DNA from: Octopus sinensis
Taxonomy: Eukaryota
Length of the DNA stretch: 64,000 nt
Direction: 5' to 3'
Assembly (NCBI RefSeq): GCF_006345805.1
Contig: NC_042999.1
Span: 64,790,001 to 64,854,000, forward strand
Below are positions 25,290-40,480 of the stretch, piece by piece; the stretch's first letter is position 1, and every line of letters starts with the position of its first letter. The notes under the pieces are model-generated. The model searched no databases. It saw only the letters and a program-made list of their open reading frames with translations, and had not been told where the DNA came from. The translations under genes and the position numbers were made by a program.

Positions 25290-25630
25290 GTTGAGCGAAC
25301 GGTTTTCGTCTCAGAGCTCGCAAGATGGGGGAAGTCCGAAACGTGGTCATTTGCTCTTCGTAAGACCTGCGAGAGCATCGACGGATGGATGAACGCGCAT
25401 TCAGGCTCAGCGGTTGCGTAGGAAGTCGGGGACAAGAAACAGGAAGAAAGAGTGAGAGAAAGTTGGAACGAAAGAGTACAACAGGGTTCGCCCCCACCCC
25501 CTGCCGGAGCCTCGTGGAGCTTTAGGCATTTTCGCTCAATAAACACACACAACACCCGGTCTGGGAATAGAAACCGCGATCCTCCGACCGCGAGTCCGCT
25601 GCCCTAACCACTGGGCCATTGCGCCTCCAC
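25290..25630 (-). mobile_element. SINE family C with clear tRNA head
   Basis: Minus: GGAGGCGCAATGGCCCAGTGGTTAGGGCAGCGGACTCGCGGTCGGAGGATCGCGGTTTCTATTCCCAGACCGGG, tRNA-like with A and B boxes, then non-tRNA body. Confidence 0.8.
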
Positions 25631-26208
25631 TCGTGTTGCTGCTCAAATGAAAGCTGAACTGGAATACACACCTACAAGATGAAGAACAAGTAAATTACGT
25701 TCCATACACAGTGTTATCAGTAACTCCATTTCGTACAATTCTTTAAAACCCATCGAAGATCTTTACGACGAATCTTCTTTAAAATATACTACAACGAAGT
25801 TAAAGTGACTGCTATTGTATGCGTAGATGTTTATATTATAATTAAATTAAAGATTTTATTGCTATTTGAGCTAAAACAAATATATGATCAAAGATTTCCC
25901 ATAAGAAACAAATACATTAAAATACATACTTATATTCATATATACGTATATATATAAATATACATACACGCAGTCACAAGCGCACACACACGCATACACA
26001 TGTGCAAATAAATACATACATAAATACATACATACATACACCCGTACACAAATGTATAACACTGCACTATGGAACAAAGCTTCTGGCATTTTTTATTGCA
26101 CGTTTTCCTGTGCATCATAAATCAACATTAAGATAAGAGAATACAATAGCAAATTTTATTCGCATAATACATATATATATGGATAATATATATAATATAT
26201 TATATATA

Positions 26209-26253
<45 letters not shown>

Positions 26254-26464
26254 GTGTGTGTGTGTGTATGTGTGTATGTATATATATATATATGTATATT
26301 ACATGTATATATATGCATATATATATATGTATAACTATACATATATATATATGTATTTCTGTTTATATGTATTAGATTAAGTACATATGTATGTGCGCAT
26401 ATGTATGTTTTAAATACATATACATACTTAAACACGAATATATTCACTATATATATATATATAT

Positions 26465-26530
<66 letters not shown>

Positions 26531-26575
26531 TGATATATATTATAGATATAAATCCATTATCTATCTATCTATCTA

Positions 26576-26611
<36 letters not shown>

Positions 26612-26683
26612 ATATAGATATAATATATATATATTATATATATAATATGTGTATATATATATATAAATATATATATATATACA

Positions 26684-26725
<42 letters not shown>

Positions 26726-27782
26726 TATATATATATACATCTCTAAATATATGCTCACATTTATTCATACATACATACGTAGACGCATACATACATACTT
26801 ACACTTATGCAAACTCAATAAAGTAATTAGACATGGTTCTTTCATCTTTAAGTTATCCATATTTATTTCTTGCCTTCATTTTTATCATGTATTATTGACT
26901 TTGTAATACAGATCTAAACAGCTAGCTAGAGAATTGAGAAGAATTAGTGAAATTAATCATATCATACGAACATAGTTAGAAAGAATTGAAAGAAAGCGAA
27001 AATAAATAAATAAATACCCCTGTAAATTGGTATACAACTACTGCTCTATCTCCATGTACATTGCGCAATTCATCAACGGTTGACAGTTAAATGAGAATCG
27101 TATTGAAAAAAGTTTTTTTTCCCATTTATTGCAAGATTTGCCAATTTTTTTCTATTACAGATGTTCGCGTATGTGTATATGTGCGTGCATTCGAGCATAT
27201 GGGTGTATGTGTATGAGAAATTGTATGTTTTTGAAAGCAGGATTTGAATGAAAATACCATAAAACATCATTTAGAGTAATTTATGTGGCCATAGAGTTTA
27301 AAATACGAATATTGTAATATATTAATATACAAAGGAATACAAAGATAGCATGTTGATGCATATATGTACATAGAAACAGTTGAGGACATGTAAATATACA
27401 CATACTCATACGCATGCACCTTTATGTACGGTAATAAATATAAGCAATACACACATATATATCCGCGCACACATAAGTATGTCTAAACATAGTCATATAA
27501 ATATACTTGCATATGTATGTATCTATCTATCTTTCTATGTATGTATGTATGTATGTATGTACGTATGTATGTATGTATGTATGTGTATGTATGTATGTAT
27601 GTATGTATGTATGTATGTATGTATGTACGTACGTACGTATGTATGTATGTATGTATGTATGTATGTATGTATGTATCTGCCTGCCTGTCTATCTGCCGAA
27701 CTGTCTGTCTATATCTGTTTGTCTGTCTATATCTGTCTGTCTGTCTGTCTATATCTGTCTGTTTATCTATCTATCTATCTAA

Positions 27783-27853
<71 letters not shown>

Positions 27854-28356
27854 CATACATACATACCCACATAACGTATAGGCACATTTGTATTTACATG
27901 GCTATTTAGATGTAAATATATGCATACATATGTACGTGCTTGCATGAATATATGCATATGCAAGCCGTATGATTACCGACACTAATATGCAGTGATACAC
28001 ACAGGCACACACACATATAGGGAGTGTAAAGGAGGACGAGAGAGACTGATAGGGACATATAACCTGGAGAGAGAGCGAGTGAGAGCGAGAGAGGGATATA
28101 TATATATATATATAATATATATATATATTATATATATATATATATATATATGAATATATACGTATGTATGTGTGTGTGTGCATGTATGTTAATGCTTTTA
28201 AGTTTAGCTATAACACAATTTTATTCATGCAAGTTCATTATTCTTTAGCAAGAATATCATTGGCTGTGATTTGGAAGTTTCAGCCAGAAAAGCTATCATC
28301 CGACAATGGCTTAGCTATCCGAAACTTGGAAGTCATTAAAACACACACACACACAT

Positions 28357-28394
<38 letters not shown>

Positions 28395-28498
28395 TATAGA
28401 TATACATATATATATACATATATATATATATATACACATATATATGTATGTATATAGACATATATATATGTATGTATATATATATACATATATATATG

Positions 28499-28559
<61 letters not shown>

Positions 28560-28617
28560 AATATATGGGTGTGTTGTGTGTGGTTGTGTGTGTATGTGTG
28601 TTAAACAGGCATACATA

Positions 28618-29508
28618 CATAAGGGTGATACCCAAAAGTAACCGGAAACGTTCTCTGCGGGACAAGTCCGTTGTAGCTCAGGCTTGCTCCGCTAGAAGCC
28701 ACTTGATGCGACCTCCAGACATCAGTCTGCTGACCGGCGTCGTCATCTATATTCATACTGCTACGTGGGGTGTTTTTGTTTTGTAGTGCTTCTCTCCTGC
28801 TTGTGGATTTTTGTGATGATTGAGAGGAAGAAAGAACCTGCTTCAGTGAAACTCTTTTTTTTCTGCTGGGGAAAATGGCGGCCGAATTATTTGACATGCT
28901 TCAAAGAGCTTACAAGGACGTTGCCATTAGCCAAACAGAAGTTTATGTGTGGTTTCCACGCTTTAAGATTGGTCACTTGTCGCTTGAAGACCAACCTAGT
29001 TCAGGACGACCGTCGACCTCCCGAACGATTGAAAACATCACGAAAATTCGTGAACTGAACTTGGAGGACCGTCATCGAACAAATGACGAATTTGTTGATA
29101 TGACCAGTGTGTCCTGAAACTCCAACTATCGAATATTGAGCGAGGAATTGCGAACGAAAAGAGTTGCAGCATAATTTGTGCCTCACCTGCTCATGGAACA
29201 TCAAAAGCAGTCACGACGGAATGAGTTTCGTGAACTGAAAGAATAGCTAGAAGTTGATCTTGACTTTGTTTTTGAAGGTCATCACTAGTGACGAAAGCTT
29301 GTGCTACAGAATTTGCAAATTTGGAAAAGATGGAGGTGTTAAAAGGCATCACTTCGCAAAAATTCTAGCATTGCTTCGAATAGTGGAAAACAAGCTTGGA
29401 CCGATGCACTGCTTCAAATGGAGAATAATTTGAACGCGATAAAAGTGTAAACATGTAAAGCTAAGTGAATAAAATGATGTTGCGGTTTCAATTCAGTATC
29501 CCCTCATA
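28618..29508 (+). mobile_element. Internally deleted mariner element with both imperfect TIRs
   Basis: HTH region MAAELFDMLQRAY..WF.RFK.G..SLEDQPSSGRPSTS, LSEEL..KRVAA.FVPHLL, ITSDES; jumps to LKGHHF and LDRCTASNGE*FE; ends cataagggtgatacccaaaagtaaccgg / gcggtttcaattcagtatcccctcata. Confidence 0.8.
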
Positions 29509-29540
29509 CATACACAAATACACACACACACACACACACG

Positions 29541-29591
<51 letters not shown>

Positions 29592-29969
29592 TTATATATA
29601 CATATATAGACTGAGAGAGCGAGAGAAACTACTTGTTTTAAATCTTTCAGCGAGAGATATATAGTAACCCTACGGAAGAATAAAGTTTATTTGCCAACCG
29701 AATGTGGCGGTCCTATAAAAAACGATATTACTGTTGTTTAAACCCCAAGAAAACATCTTTTCCAGCTGACTATCGACACAGTCTGTGTCCGTACAGAGTT
29801 TGCAAGCGACGTCATCCATTACATCTTCAGCCTTACGTGATACAGTCCATGCTTTCTGGGTGTATATCCATCTTCAGTGTGAGACAATCGCTGCCTGTTG
29901 ATGAAAGCTTTCTTTACTTGCAAACACAATATATCCTTTAAACGACAGTCGCTGATCTCGTATATATAT

Positions 29970-30184
29970 AGGCGCCGGAGTGGCTGTGTGGTAAGAAGCT
30001 TGCTTCCCAACCACATGCTTCCGGATTCAGTCTCACTGAGGGCACCTTGGGCAAGTGTCTTCTACCATAGCCTCGGGCCGACCAAAACCTTGTGAGTGGA
30101 TTTGGTAGGTGAAAACTGAAAGAAGCCTCTCGTATACATAATTATATACATACATACATACATCCACATACATACATACATACA

Positions 30185-30239
<55 letters not shown>

Positions 30240-30385
30240 CATATATATATGCGTATATGTATGTATTTGTGTGTCTGTGTTTGTCACCCCACTATCGCTT
30301 GACAACCTATGTTGGTGTGTTTACGTCTCTGTAACTAGAGATTCGGGAAAATGGACCGATAGAATAAATACTAGACTTACAAAGA
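29970..30385 (+). mobile_element. SINE family B
   Basis: ggcgccggagtggctgtgtggtaag head, CORE-like part, internal (TA)/(TACA) tract. Confidence 0.85.
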
Positions 30386-30502
30386 AAATATTCTATAATT
30401 GATTAAAAAATCATTTTTTCAATTTTCTTGCAGCACAATTGATTTTCTTCATTGAAGAAGATGCATAGTATTGGTGGTGGGTGTGTGTGTGAGTGTGTAT
30501 AC

Positions 30503-30558
<56 letters not shown>

Positions 30559-30595
30559 CTATACAAAAACACACACATATATAATATATATATAC

Positions 30596-30626
<31 letters not shown>

Positions 30627-31834
30627 TATGTTGACTCACGCATATATGTATATGCAGTTATATGGAGAGTTAGAGAGAAAGAGAGTGAGGGAGAGGGACG
30701 GAGGGAGACTGACAGAAAAAGAGAGAAAGTGATGGAGAGAGACTGAGCGAGAGAGAGGGAAAGGGTGGGTCGGAGAGGAAGACAGCGTAATAAATATTCC
30801 TTTTGATGTAGTTGCAAAAAGACTAACAACGAGAGAGAAAGGCATAAGTATGTGTGCTTGTTGTCTAAGATTGATTTGAATAGTTCTTTGACCGGTTTCA
30901 ATGATTTTTGCACCACGAATTTTCTTTATATATGTTCTTTAGCTTATTTCGTTTAATCTATTTGCATATACCTACCAACCTACATACCTACCTACCTACC
31001 TGCAAACATACACACATACACATACACACGCACACACACACACACACAAACATATATATACATACATATATATGTATGTATGTATGTATGTAGGTATGTA
31101 TGTCTGCATGTATTTATGTGTGCATATGTGCATTTTTATGGGAACGTACATCTGTATATTCACTTGGTATATATACATACACATACATACATAAACATGC
31201 GCATACACACATATACTTACATATGTGTGTGAATTTTGCATAGTATACTATCTTTTATATTTGATATATGATATATATGATATATTTTTCATTATGTTTC
31301 TATTTTCATACGTATTTGCACATATAAATATGTATATATGTGCGAGTGTATGTACGCGTGTGTGAATGTGTGAGTATGTGTGTATGAACTATGTGTGCAT
31401 GTGTGTATGTTTGTGTGTGTGTCTAAGCAGGAAAAAAAAAACCCCACAAATTCATATGAGATGAATTTTTTCATGATACCAATTTCACGTAGTTGCGAAT
31501 TTGTGCTGAGAAAAATCTTTCCTCGAGTATCGAGGCTCATTTTACAATACATCATTCTGAGTTCTTTATCTACGGATATCGTTCCCATTGGTTGGTTCTC
31601 AATGCGATTTGTTATCATTTTACATTGTTGCTTGAAGAGGTTTCTCTCTTTGTTATCATTTTTATTGCATGCTTCCCATATATATTTCGTTGCTTTTGGA
31701 CGCCATTTTTCATTTATTCATTGACATGCACGCATGGACCTAAATTCATATTAATGTATGTATATAGCTAAGTAAGTACGTATATAAGTATATAGAAATG
31801 TTAAAAGTTATATATATATATATATTTGTATATG

Positions 31835-31873
<39 letters not shown>

Positions 31874-33424
31874 ATGTATGTGTATATATATATATATATA
31901 TATACACACACATACACGTACACATACACTTACACACACACACTCACACGCAAACACACACGCCCTCATATACGCAAATACACACTCATACACACATATA
32001 TGTATATATGTGGAAATGGAATAATATGTTTGAAAATGCACTCAATAACTTTTAGTCTGGCGTACGTATATTAAAACCCGCGCCCGCCCGCACACAGTCT
32101 CTTTCAATACCTCCCTTCCTCTCTTTATCTTTCTCTCTCTCTCTCTTTCTCTTTTTCTCACACCCGTACACATGCACACATGAAAGCATATGATAGATTA
32201 AATGTAAAAGCAATATATAGAAACAGCGAACCGTAACTATCAGTCATCGAAATCTAACAAAACAGGAAAAAACTTTAAAATAAAAAAAAACGAACCAAAA
32301 TCGGAAAATTAAGCGCCAGGCAAATCACGTAAATGTACAGGATGGTAAATAAATTTATAGAATAAAGAAGGAAATGAGATATACAGGATATCAAGAACAA
32401 TGTAGCCAGCAATCACTGAACCATAGATTTAAAAACCCAGTATATCTTTTGAGGGAAACAATTTAAGCCAGAAGAAATGAGAAAACAAGATAGAATAACA
32501 TCAATAGACATGTTATGGTGACAAGTAATTTTTAACCTTGGAATATCAGAAGAACAAAAGCTAAAACAAGGAATAGACTTCAGTGATAAACAAAGAAATT
32601 CGTAATAATAGATCAAGACGTAGATATACACAATCGAAGGAGGCTAATATAAACTTATTACTGGCAACGCATTAACAAATGAAACCACGACAATCATAGC
32701 TAACATCTTAGGAACAACGTAAAACAAAAGTGGAGACCAGCTACATTTCTTTTTACCTAATTCTGGTAATTTACATTATCAAAGAATTAAACACAGGGCA
32801 TCTCTCTACATACATCACTGAACTATTATTGCTTAACTGCATAATTGTCTTTCCAATTTTCCTTTTTTTTTTTTACCTGGGACTTTTTCTGCTTCGAGGT
32901 TGTTCGTTTCCACATTAAAACAAGCTTGAGGCAGGAGAAACTATCACGAGTAATTGGTCGAGGGTCTGGTCAAATGTATATATATATATATATTACTGTT
33001 TTCCATCTCTGATATTAATGATATTATATCGTCCGTCGATTGTAGATACATATCTGAGGATGGAAACTACACTAAGAATACATCAACAAACACACACACG
33101 AGACCATTATGTTCCACATATGCAATTATTGAAAATAAGTTTACCGATTTCGTAAAACTCCTAAAAGACTTAATCTGCGATATCTTACACAACCGGCTTT
33201 CTTAAAAAAAGTACAAAGACTAACGTAAACGCTACTGCCTGCGTGGATATAGATAGAATTGAAGTTAACGCTTTATTGCTACTGAGCTGCAGTAAATATA
33301 TGGTGAGCAGTTTCAAAGTGCAAAGAGTTGGAATGAAAGGAAATTCATGAAAATGAAAGAAAACTCAAAGCTGGACCTCTACGAGTTTTTTTCTTCGTGC
33401 GATAACACCGTTGTAACAAAAACA

Positions 33425-33710
<286 letters not shown>

Positions 33711-33939
33711 GTATTTATCTGGACAGACAGACGCAAGTCAAATGGGCTCCACGTAAGTTGGTATTTTTGTACGTTCAAAAGTGTATATTGACAAATATTT
33801 TGTGCTTAAAAGTTGTGCAACAACATCCACTGTAAACCTTTGATAAATATCTACACAAAAGTTTGCCCCTTGTGGGCAAAATTTAAAAGAAAAAATTCTC
33901 ATAGCCTTCGTGGTTTCATTTAGCCATTTTATTTCCAAA

Positions 33940-36030
33940 ATGGCCACTGGTCACCACGAGGCTGGTGCAAGTCAAGCGTGACGCAGAGGCAGAAAAACAG
34001 GATGCTCTGTGTAGCATACGCTGAACCTGACAACTCCACCACCATCAACATCGACAACAGCAACAAATACAAAACAAGGTCGCAAGGCCAAGCACCGTCA
34101 ACACCATCAGTGAATCCACCACCACCACCAACACCGACAACAACACCATGGCAGAATGCTACTAAACTGCTATCCCTACTAAAGACATCGCCACCAATAA
34201 CAATACAACATCACCATCACCGCCACAAAGACCGTGCTGTCAATGCTACTAATACTACTAACACCACCGCCGTCACAAAGAAAGACAATAACAACAACAA
34301 CAACAAACAACGACGACGACAACAACAATCCCTTCAACCACTGCTCACTCCATCACAACAAGTGAAAAAATAACGACGACAAGCAAACGAAATGTCGAAA
34401 TTTGCGCTAATGCAGGACTAAATTACGCAGGCAATTTTCCACCCCTTGCTAGTTGCATAATCAGCAACCACAAACCTACAACCCACACCCCTGCCATCAA
34501 CACCAACACCACCGGCATAACAACAACAACAAAACAACAACAAACTTCGCCGAGGCGATAAAAGAAAAGGTAACAAAAGTTTCGTTTACTACACAACAGA
34601 TAAAGATTGCAGAAACCTTATTACAAATGAAAACGGAAAAATACTCTTACACAACCTCAACACATACTGAATGAGGAGAAAAAAAAAGACAATTGTATAT
34701 AAAATCACAAATAAAAAAAACTAAAAGTCCAGAAAAGGCAAGCACAGACAAAGTCGAAAAGTGCTTACGCCCCATCTGGGGATACAAGGATTGTGTGACT
34801 TGGGCGAACAAGTTCGCACACGTACAGGTGGTTTTTCAGAGTGAAGAGTTGGCGAAGAATTCTCAACGATAACCCTTCATTCTGATGAACTAACGTTGAC
34901 ACCGAGTTACCTCGCCAGAAGGTGACGAAAGTCATTATCAGTGGTGTCCCCCAAGTGACTACCACACTGTGGATTACATCCGCTTTAACATCCGAAATGG
35001 AGGACTTAAACATCCTAGATATCGGTGTTTCGGAAAACAAGGACTGGTGGGAAAGAGAATAGAGTTCCTCTTCCACATAAGTCAAGAGGACATAAATAAA
35101 ATCCCCACCCACGTACATCTTGAGGATGGCCGCAAGTTATACGTAGTAGTCGAGGGCAGAAGTCCACGATGCTATACATGTGGCAGTGAGGCACACCTCA
35201 AAAAGGAGTGCAAATCTGCCGCAAAATTACAACAACAACAACAGCCACAGGAAAATCACAAAAGCCAGGATTATTGCCCACACCACAATATGGACAGCTA
35301 GTCAAGAAGCTGTATGCGGAAATGCAGGAAAAACAACAAAGAACAAGCCAACCCAACCAAACAACACCAACACCAGCGCCAAGAACAGAATCATCACCAC
35401 CAACAACAAATAAACCAATCCAACACCAAGAATAACAACGAAGAAGACAAGCACCAAGGATGTAGGAGAGACAATAACCACAACAAACCCCCAGCAACAC
35501 CCTCCCCGCGCACCACAACAATATCTACAACCGCACAAACACACCCAGACGCTTTACCCTTACCCCCTGCTGATTCGTCAGACTTTCATTTAACGATGAA
35601 AGTTCGACAGAATGGCAAATAGCCACAGGGGGTAAAAGAAAAAGATCAAGAAGAAAAACCAAACAAGAAATCGCAACCAAAGCATGGAGATACCTGAACC
35701 TGAAACTCCATACACAACAAAACAAGCACCAACACCACAAAAACAATGCTATCAGCGATAGACACAAAAGACTCCAAACTAATGGAGTACATCACAGGAT
35801 ACAAAACATTTGTGAAGATGACTTTAAAAATAGCAATCATCCACGCACTACACCACCCAAACACATCAAAATACTACACATCACACAAAACACACACCAC
35901 AACTCAAAGCCCTCTTCCCAAATGGTGTAGGGGGTTTCCAGAAATATCTGTCCCAAAAACTATATAGAAACCTCCTCGAAGACACATCAAAGAACGAGGA
36001 AGACAAAACTTTCGACACAAGTAAGTAAAT
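33940..36030 (+). pseudogene. Tx1 ORF1 (gag-like), frameshifted; low-complexity T/N/Q regions and a CCHC knuckle
   Basis: VVVEGRSPRCYTCGSEAHLKKEC (CX2CX4HX4C) at about 35140-35215; RRM-like segment upstream; start and end approximate. Confidence 0.7.
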
Positions 36031-36078
36031 CTCTGTACTTTCATTTGTGTGTTTTAAAGCACACACCCCAATAGAATC

Positions 36079-39000
36079 ATGGTCAAGATTGGTTGTGTGA
36101 ATGCGCGTGGCTTGGGGTCTCCTTGGAAACAAGGATACCTCCTAAATGACATCAAGTCACATGATTTGGGAATCATAGCCATAAGTGAGACCAGACTCCA
36201 CGAGCCACGGGCCCTAAAGTCCATGTTTGGCGGACAGTTTAACATTTATTTCGCTACCTGTCTGCCGAGGATGGGCGGTAGTGGCACCGCGGTACTTTTT
36301 CACAAGAGCCTGGATCTCGAAGTCAAGACGATATTCGTAGACCCGGAGGGTAGACTGATCGTTCTGGATGTTGACGGCAGCAATGGGTGCGCTTTTCGAC
36401 TCGTATCAGTCTACGCACCGCCCTTAACAGGTCGGGCGGATTTCTTTCGACGTCTAGAAGTATTCTTGGGAACGTCTCGTCCTTTACTCTTAGTGGGGGA
36501 TTGGAATGCTACCTTGGACACGCATATAGACTACGTGGGTAGAGACAGAAACAGAAGGGGATGCAAATGCCTCAGAGACCTGCTCAGACGATTCCAACTG
36601 TCTGACAGGTACCGACTCGACCACCCAAATGCACCAACGTGGACATGGAGCAACCGCAGTGGGTCGTCGAGATCGTATCTAGATAGGATACTGTGTAGGA
36701 CAGTAGACAAGGATAACTTAGGATGTCCACAATTCCACACAGTCAGCTACACGGATCACAAATTGGTGACGGTACGCTAGACTTAGATAAGGCACATAGA
36801 CAGGGTCCTGGGTACTGGAAACTGAACGCATCATTCCCGTCCAGACAAGTTTTCAGAGACCGGATTAGCACACTAGTAAGAGGGCTTTGACGGGAGCCAT
36901 CATCAACAACAAATGGTGGTTGCCCTCAAGAGAGCAGTAAAAGCAGAAGCGATTAGGTACAGCAAAGCACTAGCCATAGATAGAAATAGAGTAGAGGGTG
37001 AGCTAGTTAAGAAGCTAGAAGAGGCAATTAGAAGCGGCATCGCATCCGACGTTTTGGCGGCGAGGTTGGCCCTCGCCAACACTTCAACGCCAAACACGAG
37101 GATGTGCTGTCAGAGCTAGGATGCGTGCTCTAAGGAACGAAGGTGTTGGAGCCGCGAGAGAGGCCGGGTGGCAGAGGCGCAACAGGGCAACAAAGCCACC
37201 ATTCGGTCACTGGTAGATGAACAGGGGCGCGAATTGCTCGAGCCAAGTAAAATGTGTGAGGCCTTTCAGCAGCATTTTGCCCGACTGTTCGGGACGAGTG
37301 GAGGGCAAGAAGGTAGGGTAGACTTCAGTGCCTACCTACATAGCCTGCCACGACTCTCGACAAGAAAGGCAGGGTGCTGCGAAGGTGCCATCACGGCGGC
37401 GGAAGTGCGGGAAGCGATGGCAGAATGCTCGAGGGACAAATCACCGGGTTTGGATGGTCTACCCTACGAATTTTACTATTGTATGCCAGACTTGGTTGGA
37501 GACGTCTTGGCAGCGGTATACTGCAACTGGCAGCAAAACGGGAGCATACCCGGTTTTGTGAGTCGAGGAGCTGTAATCTGCTGAAGAAAGATCCAAACAA
37601 GGGGAACATTATAGATAACTTTAGGCCAATCACTCTGCTCAATGCAGACCTGAAAATTTTGACAAAGGTGTTAGCCAAGAGGTTGGCGCTTGTCATGGAG
37701 AGAAATGGTCGACAACGCACAAACGTGCGCCGTGCCGGGCCGGAGCATCCATGACAACCTCCATCTGATGCACTACATCATAGACAGGGTAGTCAACGAA
37801 CCTGGCATGGGTGGGGCCCTGATCAACTTGGATCAATCGAAAGCCTTTGATAGGGTAGACCATCGATACTTGGAGGCAGTCCTGAGAGCGGCTGGTTTCG
37901 GTCCTGTCTTCCGCGGCTGGATAGCTGCCTTGTACAGAGGCATCCGTTCGGTAATTCGCCGTAAATGGACATCTATCGAGACCCTTCGACATTGCACGTT
38001 CGGTCCGTCAGGGATGCCCCTCTCGGCGCTTCTATACGTATTGACTCTTGAGCCACTACTGCGGAAGCTGGCGACTCTGAGGGGCATCCCGCGAGAATTA
38101 GGATGCGGGACGAGCGTGTCTGCATACGCGGACGACGTCACCGTCATAGTGTCAAGCCACGAGCACATCGAGCGGGTCGGCGAGACACTGAAAGACTACG
38201 AAGCGGGTGACAGGAGCAAAATCAACCGGGAAAAGTCAGTGGGCTTGCGGCTCGGCACCTGGAGAAGAAAAAGCCCATGCCGTCCACCAGTACCTCCGTC
38301 GTGGGGACGCTGGACAGACGGCCCGGTTGAGTTGCTCGGGGTTGGTTCGGTCCGGACCTCCAAATGGAGAAGAACTGGAACGAGATAACGAGTAGGGTGG
38401 TCACTCTCGCCCAGCAATGGGCCGAGAGGAAACTGTCCCTAAAAGGTCGGACGGAGGTGGTGAACGCGCGTACATCGCGTCCATCATCTACTACCGCCTG
38501 ACCGTCGTACCTTGTCCCGACCCTCATCACCAAACTAGAACGCATCCTCTTCCGCTTCTTGTGGAAAGGATGCGTCCCGATGGTCAGGCGATCCATTTGC
38601 TATCAACACCGTTAAAAGGAGGGCTGGGCATGCCGTGGTTGATGATGCGCAGACACGCGCTGAGACTGCGACATCTCCGGCTCTATGTAGACGACGGTGA
38701 ACAGGTGTGGTCGCCGTTTGTGAGGCACGCATTCCCGCAACTCGTCTCCTGACCGAACTACAGTCGGGATCAAAAAGAGGCCGAAGAAGGGCGAATGGCA
38801 CCGCGAGTGTCGCGTTGCTCTCAAGCAACTCTGCCGTCCCGGGTCGACCTTGAGTGACTTCAACACAACCAAAAGCATTCTATAGGGGATTAGTGGAGGG
38901 GAGGTACGACGACGAGCTCGGGGCAAACCTGGGCGTCGACGAGGAATACCTGACCCCCTGTTGTTTCAAACGACTTTCGGCCCGGGACCTATGGACAACT

Positions 39001-39511
39001 TCCAGAGATCCCTGGCCTGGCGGTGCTACCGAGAAGCGCTACCCGTTCGGGATAAGCTCTATAGGCATGGCTCGAGAAACACGGGGCCGACCTGCCCGAG
39101 ATGCGGGGAGAGCGACGAAACCGCTCTGCACGCAATCGTGCAGTGTCCAGCAATTTCCCACCTGTGGGCTTATGTCGAACGACTGCTGTCACGTGTGGGA
39201 CGTGTTGGTTTATCAGCCGAGTCTATCGTTAATGTCGTCACGCCTCCTTCCTTCAAACGGGAAGGAAGAGTTATTTTTATCATACTTGTGGCTATGGCGA
39301 AAGAATGTATCTGGTGGACGCGTCTGAAAGGATTAGAGACAAACACTTTCCTCTCTGGTCAATCTCTCATCAACTTCTTCAAGTATCACTTGAAGAAAAA
39401 AGTGAGAGTAGAGAGGCAAGTTTTGTCTAGTGAATGTTTAAAAAAAGATGGGTGAATGTAGCAAGGATGGCACGTATGAATGACGAAGCCACCTTGACTA
39501 TGATTCTATGA
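36079..39511 (+). pseudogene. Tx1 ORF2: AP endonuclease + reverse transcriptase + C-terminal zinc finger, frameshifted
   Basis: MVKIGCVNARGL, ISETR, GDWNA, YLDRI, TDHKLV (APE); KSPGLDGLPYEFY, FRPITLLNADLKIL, LDQSKAFDRVDH, PLSALLYVLTLEPL, YADDV (RT); CPRCGESDETALHAIVQC. Confidence 0.93.
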
Positions 39512-40480
39512 ACCGTAAAAATAATACAGAGAGTTGCTTATTTGCAAAACAAAAAAAAAAAAAAAAAAAAATATAACATGCGACTTCATTGACCGAGGTT
39601 ACCGTGGTCTTTTCCGTAGGCTTTTCTTTCCACGGGTAAACCTCACTGTCCTCCCCTTTACACTTCATATTGACATTTCTGTGATAACGATCCCTATTGA
39701 TCAATTTTTTTCCTCTCCCCTTTTTGTAACCCCCCCTTTTTTTTGTTCCTCTTTCTCTCTTTTACGATCCCTTTTGATCGACCCCCCCCTTTTTTATTTT
39801 ATTTTTATTTTATTTTTTTATTTTTAATTTTTTTATTTTTTAAACCTTCAAAAGAAAAGCTCTACCTTGTAATTTGTTCTATCTGTGTGCAGCCCTGTGT
39901 GGCTAATAAAGAAACATATCTAGTATTTACGTGTGTGTGTTTCTCTGCGTGTGTGCACAGCAGCATAACTGAAACAAATTTGAATATTACAAAGCCTTAC
40001 TGTGGATGACATACGAATGGAAAGGGACTGTTTCTATGTTAATGATGTGTTGCAAAAAAAAAAGGAAGCAAAACGAAAAAACACAGAAATAAAAGAGTCT
40101 CCAGAGGAATTGTTTCACGGGTTGTAAATTGCTTCTCCAACACGTTTCCTGTTTTCTTACCTGATGAATAGCGTGCATCAGCTTTTGCATAAAGCAGTCA
40201 TAAATCTAGCTAGCACTGTTGTTGATAATCTAATTATCATAATTCTGCATTTAACGGCTCATAATTAATTTCAACAATATCTATTCTGTGTACAATAGTG
40301 CGTACATCAGAAGAAAGGAAGTATAAATTATATAGGTGTATGTATGGTCGTGTAATTAAGAAACTTGCTTTGTAGCCACCCGATATATATATATATATAT
40401 ATAATATAAAGGCAAAATAATGTGAAAAAAATTACAGAAGACTTGTATCATAAGTATATTTATATACTTATGTTACAAAA

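Larger units (their letters stand above)
33718..39916 (+). mobile_element. Full-length Tx1-clade (L1 group) non-LTR retrotransposon with 13-bp TSD
   Basis: TATCTAGTATTTA at 33705-33717 and 39917-39929; ORF1 and ORF2 architecture; pyrimidine-rich 3' UTR ending aataaagaaaca with no poly(A). Confidence 0.92.

Noticed and set aside
25555-25630. tRNA gene
   Set aside because: No acceptor-stem closure, irregular anticodon arm, and it continues into a SINE body
32380-32980. Degenerate L1/Tx1-like C-terminus and 3' UTR
   Set aside because: Only compositional resemblance; no motif I could align
36021-36059. GTAAGT...AG mini-intron joining LINE ORF1 to ORF2
   Set aside because: Only 39 nt, and in the frame I traced splicing runs into a TAG before the ORF2 ATG
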